64,000 nucleotides of DNA from contig OZ024744.1 in NCBI GenBank assembly GCA_964016885.1, positions 10,788,001 through 10,852,000 of the forward strand, given 5' to 3'. Source of the stretch: Eledone cirrhosa (Eukaryota). Below the pieces are notes generated by a model. That model was not told the origin of the DNA, ran no database searches, and saw only the letters and a program-made list of their open reading frames with translations. Positions 57,601-64,000 of this stretch are shown in pieces; position 1 is the first letter of the stretch; the number at the start of each line of letters is the position of its first letter. Both the position numbers and the translations under genes were made by a program.

Positions 57601-60600
57601 CTCCAATGTGTTGTGTTGTTATACTCCAATATGTTGTGTTGATTTACTCCAATATGTTGTGTTGTTGTACTCCAATCTGTTGTGTTGTTATACTCCAATG
57701 TGTTGTGTTGTTATACTCCAATATGTTGTGTTGTTGTAGCCCAATATGTTGTGTTGTTGTACTCCAATACGTTGTGTTGTCGTACTCCAATATGTCCTGT
57801 TGTTGTACTCCAATATGTTGTGTTGTTATACTCCAATATTTCGTGTGGTTGTACTCCAATATGTTGTCTTGCTGTACTCCAATCTGTTGTATTGTTGTAC
57901 TCCAATATGTTCTGTTGTTGTACTCCAATATATTGTATTGTTGTACTCCAATATGTTGTGTTGTTGTACTCCAATATGCTGTGTTGTTGTACTCCAATAT
58001 GTTGTGTTGTTGTACTCCAATATGTTGTGTTGTTGTACTCCAATATCTTGTGTTGTTGTACTCCAATATGTTGTGTTGTGGTACTCCAATATGGTGTGTT
58101 GTTGAACTCCAATATGTTGTATTGTTTTTCTCCAATATGTCATGTTATACTCCAATATGTTGTGTTCGTGTACTCCAATATGTCATGTTGTTGTACTCCA
58201 GTATGTCTTGTTATACTCCAATATGTAGTGTTGCTGTACTCCAATATGTCATGCTGTTGTACTCCAATATTTCGTGTCGTTGTACTCCAATATGTCGTGC
58301 TTTTGTACTCCAATATGTTTTGCTGTTGTACTCCACTGTGTTGTGTTGTTGTTCTCCAATATTTTGTGATGTTGTACTCCAATGTGTTGTGTTGTTATAC
58401 TCCAATATGTTGTGTTGTTTTCCTCCAATATGTTGTGTTGTTGTACTCCAATATGTTGTGTTGTTGTACTCCAATATGTTGTGTTGTTGTAATCCAATAT
58501 CTTGTGTTGTTATACTCCAATATGTTGTGTTGTTGTACTCCAATATGTTGTGTTGTTATACTCCAATATGTTGTGTTGTGATACTCCAATATGTTGTGCT
58601 GTTGTACTCCCATATGTTGTGTTGTTATACTCCAATATGTTGTGTTGTTTTACTCCAATATGTTGTGTTGTTGTACTCCAATATGTTGTATTGTTGTTCT
58701 CCAATATGTCATGTTATACTCCAATAAGTTGTGTTCTTTTACTCCAATATGTTGTGTTGTTGTACTCTAATATATCATGTTGTCGTACTCCAATATGTCA
58801 TGTTATACTCCAATATGTCGTTGTTATACTCCAATATGTCATGTTGTTGTACTCCAATATGTCGTATTGTTGTACTCCAATATGTTTTGATGTTGTACTC
58901 CAATATGTTGTGTTGTTGTACTCCAATATGTTGTGTAGTCGTACTCCAATATGTTGTATTGTTATACTCCAATATGTTGTGCTGTTGTACTCCAATATGT
59001 TCTGTTGTTGTACTCCAATATGTCGTATTGTTGTACTCCAATATGTTTTGATGTTGTACTCCAATATGTTGTGTTGTTGTACTCCAATATGTTGTGTAGT
59101 CGTACTCCAAAATGTTGTATTGTTATACTCCAATATGTTGTGCTGTTGTACTCCAATATGTTCTGTTGTTGTACTCCAATATATTGTGTTGTTGTACTCC
59201 AATATGTCATGGTGTTGTACTTCAATATGTCGTATTGTTGTACTCCAATATGTTGTGTTGTTCTCCAATATGTCGTGTTGTTATACTCCAATATGTTATG
59301 ATGTTGTACTCCAATATATTGTGTTGTTGTACTCCAATATGTTGTGTTGCTCTACTCCAATATGTTGTGTCGTTGTACTCCAATATGTTGTGTTGTTATA
59401 CTCCAATATGTTGTGCTGTTGTACTCCAATATGTCATGTTGTTGTACTTCGATATTTCGTGTTGTTGTACTCCAACATGTCGTGTTTTTGTACTCCAATA
59501 TGTTTTGATGTTGTACTCCAATATGTTGTGTTGCTGTACTCCAATATGTTGTATTGTTGTACTCCAATATGCTGTGTTGTTATACTCCTATATGTTGTGC
59601 TGTTGTACTCCAATATGTTGTGTTGTACTCCAATATGATGTGTTGTTATACTCCACTATTTCGTGTTGTTATACTCCAATATGTTGTGTTGTTGTACTCC
59701 AATATGTTGTTTTGTTGTACTCCAATATGTCATGTTGTTGTACTCCAGTATGTCTTGTTATACTCCAATATGTCGTGTTGCTGTACTCCAATATGTCATG
59801 CTGTTGTACTCCAATATGTTTTGCTGTTGTACTCCACTGTGTTGTGTTGTTGAACTCCAATATGTTGTGTTGTTGTTCTCCAATATTTTGTGATCTTGTA
59901 CTCCAATGTGTTGTGTTGTTATACTCCAATATGTTGTGTTGTTATACTCCAATATGTTGTGTTGTTATACTCCAATATGTTGTGTTGTTGTACTCCAATA
60001 TGTTGTGTTGTGATACTCCAATATGTTGTGCTGCTGTACTCCAATATGTTGAGTTGTTATACTCCAATATGTAGTGTTGTTATACTTCAATGTGTTTTGT
60101 TGTTGTACTCCAATATGTTGTGTTGCTGTACTCCAATATGTTGTATTGTTGTACTCCAATATGTTGTGTTGTTGTACTCCAATATGTGATGTTGTTGTAC
60201 TCCAATATGTCGCGTTGTTGTACTCCAATATGTTGTGTTGTTATACTCCAATATTTCGTGTTGTTTTACTCCAATATGTCATGCTGTTGTACTCCAATAT
60301 GTTTTGCTGTTGTACTCCACTGTGTTGTGTTGTTGAACTCCAATATGTTGTGTTGTTGTTCTCCAATATTTTGTGCTGTTGTACTCCAATTTGTGTTGTT
60401 GTACTCCAATATGTTGTGTTGTTGTACTCCAATATGTTGTGTTGTTGTACTCCAATATGTTGTGTTGTTATACTCCAATATGTTGTGCTGTTGTACTCCA
60501 ATATTTCGTGTTGTTGTACTCCAATACGTCGTGTTGTTGTACTCCAATATGTTTTGATGTTGTACTCCAATATGTTGTGTTGTTGTACTCCAATATGTTT

Positions 60601-63600
60601 TGATGTTGTACTCCAATATGTTGTGTTGTTGTACTCCAATATGTTGTGTAGGCGTACTCCAATATGTTGTGTTGTTGTACTCCAATATGATATGATGTTG
60701 TACTCCAATATGATGTGATGTTGTACTCCAATGCGTTGTGTTGTTGTACTCCAATGTGATGTGTTGTTGTACTCCAATATGTTGTGTCGTTGTACTCTAA
60801 TATTTTTTTATTTTTGTACTCCAATATGTTGTGTTGTTATACTCCAATATGTTGTGCTGTTGTACTCCAAATCTCGTGTTGTTATACTCCAATGTGTTGT
60901 GTTGTTATACTCCAATATGGTGTGTTGTTGTACTCCAATATGTTGTATTGTTTTTTCCAATATGTCATGTTATACTCCAATATGTTGTGTTCGTGTATTC
61001 CAATATGTTGTGTTATTGTACTCCAATATGTTGCGTTGTTGTACTCCAATATGTTGTGTTGTTATACTCCAATATGTTGTGTTGTTGTACTCCAATATGT
61101 TGTCTTGTTGTACTCCAAAAGGCCATGTTATCGTACTCCAATATGTCTTGTTATACTCCAATATGTCGTGTGGCTGTACTCCAATATGTCATGTTGTTGT
61201 ACTCCAATATGTCTTGTTATAGTCCAATATGTCGTGTTGTTGTACTCCAATATGTCATGTAGTTGTATTCCAATATTTCGTGTTGTTGTACCCCAATATG
61301 TCGTGTTGTTTATACTCCAATATGTTTTGCTGTTGTACTCCAATATGTTGTGTTGCTGTACTCCAATATGTTGTGTTGTTATTCTCCAATATGTTGTGCT
61401 GTTGTACTCCAATGTGTTATGTTGTTATACTCCAATATGTTGTGCTGTGCTACTCCAATATATTGTGTTGTTGTACTCCAATGTGTTGTGTTGTTATACT
61501 CCAATATGTTGTGTTGATTTACTCCAATATGTTGTGTTGTTGTACTCCAATCTGTTGTGTTGTTATACTCCAATATGTTGTGTTGTTATACTCCAATATG
61601 TTGTGTTGTTTTACTCCAATATGTTGTGTTGTTGTACTCCAATATGTTGTGTTGTTGTACTCCAATATGTTGTGTTGTTGTAATCCAATAACTTGTGTTG
61701 TTATACTCCAATATGTTGTGTTGTTGTACTCCAATATGTTGTGTTGTTGTACTCCAATATGTTGTATTGTTGTTCTCCAATATGTCATGTTATACTCCAA
61801 TAAGTTGTGTTCTTGTACTCCAATATGTTGTGTTGTTGTACTCCAATATATCATGTTGTCGTACTCCAATATGTCATGTTATACTCCAATATGTCGTTGT
61901 TATACTCCAATATGTCATGTTGTTGTACTCCAATATGTCGTATTGTTGTACTCCAGTATGTTTTGATGTTGTACTCCAATATGTTGTGTTGTTGTACTCC
62001 AATATGTTGTGTAGTCGTACTCCAATATGTTGTGTTGTTATACTCCAATATGTTATGTTGCTGTACTCCAATATGTCATGTTGTTGTACTCCAATATGTT
62101 TTGATGTTGCACTCCAATATGTTGTGTTGTTGTACTCCAATATGTTGTGTAGTCGTACTCCAATATGTTGTGTTGTTGTACTCCAATATGCTGTGATGTT
62201 GTACTCCAATATGATGTGCTGTTGTACTCCAATGCGTTGTGTTGTTGTACTCCAATATGCTGTGTTGTTATACTCCAATATGTTGTGTTGTTGTACTCCA
62301 ATATGTTGTGTTGTTGTACTCCAATATGTTGTGTTGTTGTAATCCAATATCTTGTGTTGTTATACTCCAATATGTTGTGCTGTTGTACTCCAATATGTTG
62401 AGTTGTTATACTCCAATATGTTGTGTTGTTGTACTCCAATATGTTGTGTTGTTGTACTCCAATATGTTGTGTTGTTGTACTCCAATATGTGATGTTGTTG
62501 TACTCCAATATGTCGTGATGTTGTACTCCAATATGTTGTGTTGTTATACTCCACTATTTCATGTTGTTGTACTCCAATATGTCTTGTTGTTGTACTCCAA
62601 TATGTTTTGATGTTGTACTCCAATATGTTGTGTTGTTGTACTCCAATATATCATGTTGTCGTACTCCAATATGTCATGTTATACTCCAATATGTCGTTGT
62701 TATACTCCAATATGTCATGTTGTTGTACTCCAATATGTTGTGTTGTTGTACTCCGATATGTTGTGTTGGAATATACTCCAATATGTAGTGTTGTTGTAAT
62801 CCAATATGTTGTGTTGTTGTACTCCAATATATAGTGATGTTGTACTCCAATATGTTGTGTTGTTATACTCCACTATTTCGTGTTGTTTTACTCCAATATG
62901 TCATGTTGTTGTTCTCCAATATTTCGTGTTGTTGTACTCCAATATGTCATGGTGTTGTACTTCAATATGTCCTATTGTTGTACTCCAATATGTTGTGTTG
63001 TTGTTCTCCAATATGTCGTGTTGTTATACTCCAATATGTTATGATGTTGTATTGCAATATATTGTGTTGTTGTACTCCAATATGTCTTGTTATAGTCCAA
63101 TATGTCGTGTTGTTGTACTCCAATATGTCATGTTGTTGTACTCCAATATTTCGTGTTGTTGTACACCAATATGTCGTGTTGATTATACTACAATTTTTGT
63201 TGCTGTTGTACTCCAATATGTTGTGTTGTTGTACTCTAATATGTTGTGTTGTTATTCTCCAATATGTTGTGCTGTTGTACTCCAATATGTTGTATTGTTG
63301 TTCTCCAATATGTCATGTTATACTCCAATAAGTTGTGTTCTTGTACTCCAATATGTTGTGTTGTTGTACTCCAATATGCTGTGTTGTTGTACTCCAATAT
63401 GTTGTGTTGTTGTACTCCAATATATCATGTTGTCGTACTCCAATATGTCATGTTATACTCCAATATGTCGTTGTTATACTCCAATATGTCATGATGTTGT
63501 ACTCCAATATGTCGTGTTCTTGTACTCCAATATGTCGTGTTGTCGTACTCCAATATGTTGTGTTGTTGTGCTCCAATATGTTGTGCTGTTGTACTCCAAT

Positions 63601-64000
63601 ATGTTGTGTTGTTGTACTTCAATATGTTGTGTTGTTATACTCCAATATGTTGTGCTGTTGTACTCCAATATGTCGTGTTGTTGTACTCCAATACGTCGTG
63701 TTGTACTCCAATATGTTGTGTTGTTATACTCCAATATGTTATGTTGTTGTACTCCAATATGTCTTGTTGTTGTACTCCAATATGTTTTGATGTTGTACTC
63801 TAATATGTTGTGTTGTTGTACTCCAATATGATGTGATGTTGTACTCAAATGCGTTGTGTTGTTGTACTCCAATGTGATGTGTTGTTGTACTCCAATATGT
63901 TGTGTTGTTATACTCCAATGTGTTGTGTTGTTATACTCCAATATGTTGTGTTGTTGTACTCCAATGTGATATGTTGTTGTACTCCAATATGTTGTGCTGT
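51611..64000 (+). repeat. Very recent tandem duplication with a period of 6,774 bp (51611-58384 and 58385 to beyond 64000)
   Basis: The ORF offset stays at 6774 across the region (51728/58502, 53957/60731, 56032/62806, 56763/63537). Only a few substitutions and no indels were seen. Confidence 0.95.

Larger units (their letters stand above)
1..64000 (+). repeat. Tandem satellite array of a 23-bp monomer (consensus TACTCCAATATGTTGTGTTGTTG) with 20-bp and other length variants; about 2,800 copies, single orientation, runs off both window ends
   Basis: ACTCCAATATG or a 1-2 mismatch variant recurs every 20-24 bp throughout the window. All ORF translations are cyclic permutations of one 23-aa repeat per strand (3 x 23 bp = 69 nt). 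No non-repeat sequence was seen. Confidence 0.99.

Noticed and set aside
1-64000. CRISPR array (conserved TACTCCAATAT plus a variable part)
   Set aside because: The variable part is only 9-13 bp and is a mutated copy of one consensus, not a set of unique 25-45 bp spacers. There is no leader and no cas gene.
1-64000. Telomerase-synthesised telomere (23-bp TG-rich units occur in Candida yeasts)
   Set aside because: The sequence does not match the Candida repeats I recall (e.g. C. albicans ACGGATGTCTAACTTCTTGGTGT). It has no G-runs, is far too long and diverged, and its variants are inherited in kilobase blocks, which indicates recombinational amplification rather than templated addition. A subtelomeric location is not excluded.
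1-64000. Rolling-circle or concatemer sequencing artefact, or synthetic DNA
   Set aside because: The variants are not random noise. They recur in the same order in blocks with graded divergence and a biologically plausible mutation spectrum. Local misassembly of individual blocks remains possible.
1-64000. Antigenic-variation cassette, diversity-generating retroelement or other information-encoding array
   Set aside because: No expression locus, reverse transcriptase, recombinase or adenine-specific variation is present. Duplication plus point mutation is enough to explain the variant order.
1-64000. G-quadruplex or i-motif forming repeat
   Set aside because: The consensus has only isolated Gs on + and a single GG per monomer on -. 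GGG occurs in only a few variants (385, 15169, ~25462).

Overview
The whole 64 kb window is one uninterrupted, head-to-tail tandem repeat (satellite-type DNA). Its consensus monomer is 23 bp, TACTCCAATATGTTGTGTTGTTG (11 T, 5 G, 4 A, 3 C; about 35% GC), and there are roughly 2,800 copies, estimated from window length divided by monomer length. I found no credible protein-coding gene, RNA gene, transposon, CRISPR array or unique sequence, and no inversion. The hundreds of ORFs in the track are artefacts: the consensus has no stop codon in any of the six frames, so it translates to (LLYSNMLCCCTPICCVVVLQYVV)n on + and (LEYNNTTYWSTTTQHIGVQQHNI)n on -. The informative structure is in the variant monomers, whose order works as a barcode and reveals nested higher-order duplications. 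These are an old ~2.6-3.3 kb block, tandem duplications of ~3.39 kb, ~3.2 kb and ~12.6-12.9 kb, a very young 6,774 bp tandem duplication, and dispersed block copies at offsets of ~14.8, ~28 and ~32.6 kb. Other signals are a CpG-decay-like variant pattern at monomer positions 14-15, an imperfect dyad (CAATATGTTG) in each monomer, and indels that mostly remove or add whole monomers. I cannot assign the organism or name the satellite family; a eukaryotic heterochromatic (peri)centromeric or subtelomeric origin is an inference. I do not see evidence of a novel gene system. Block boundaries are approximate and come from ORF-track offsets and manual reading.
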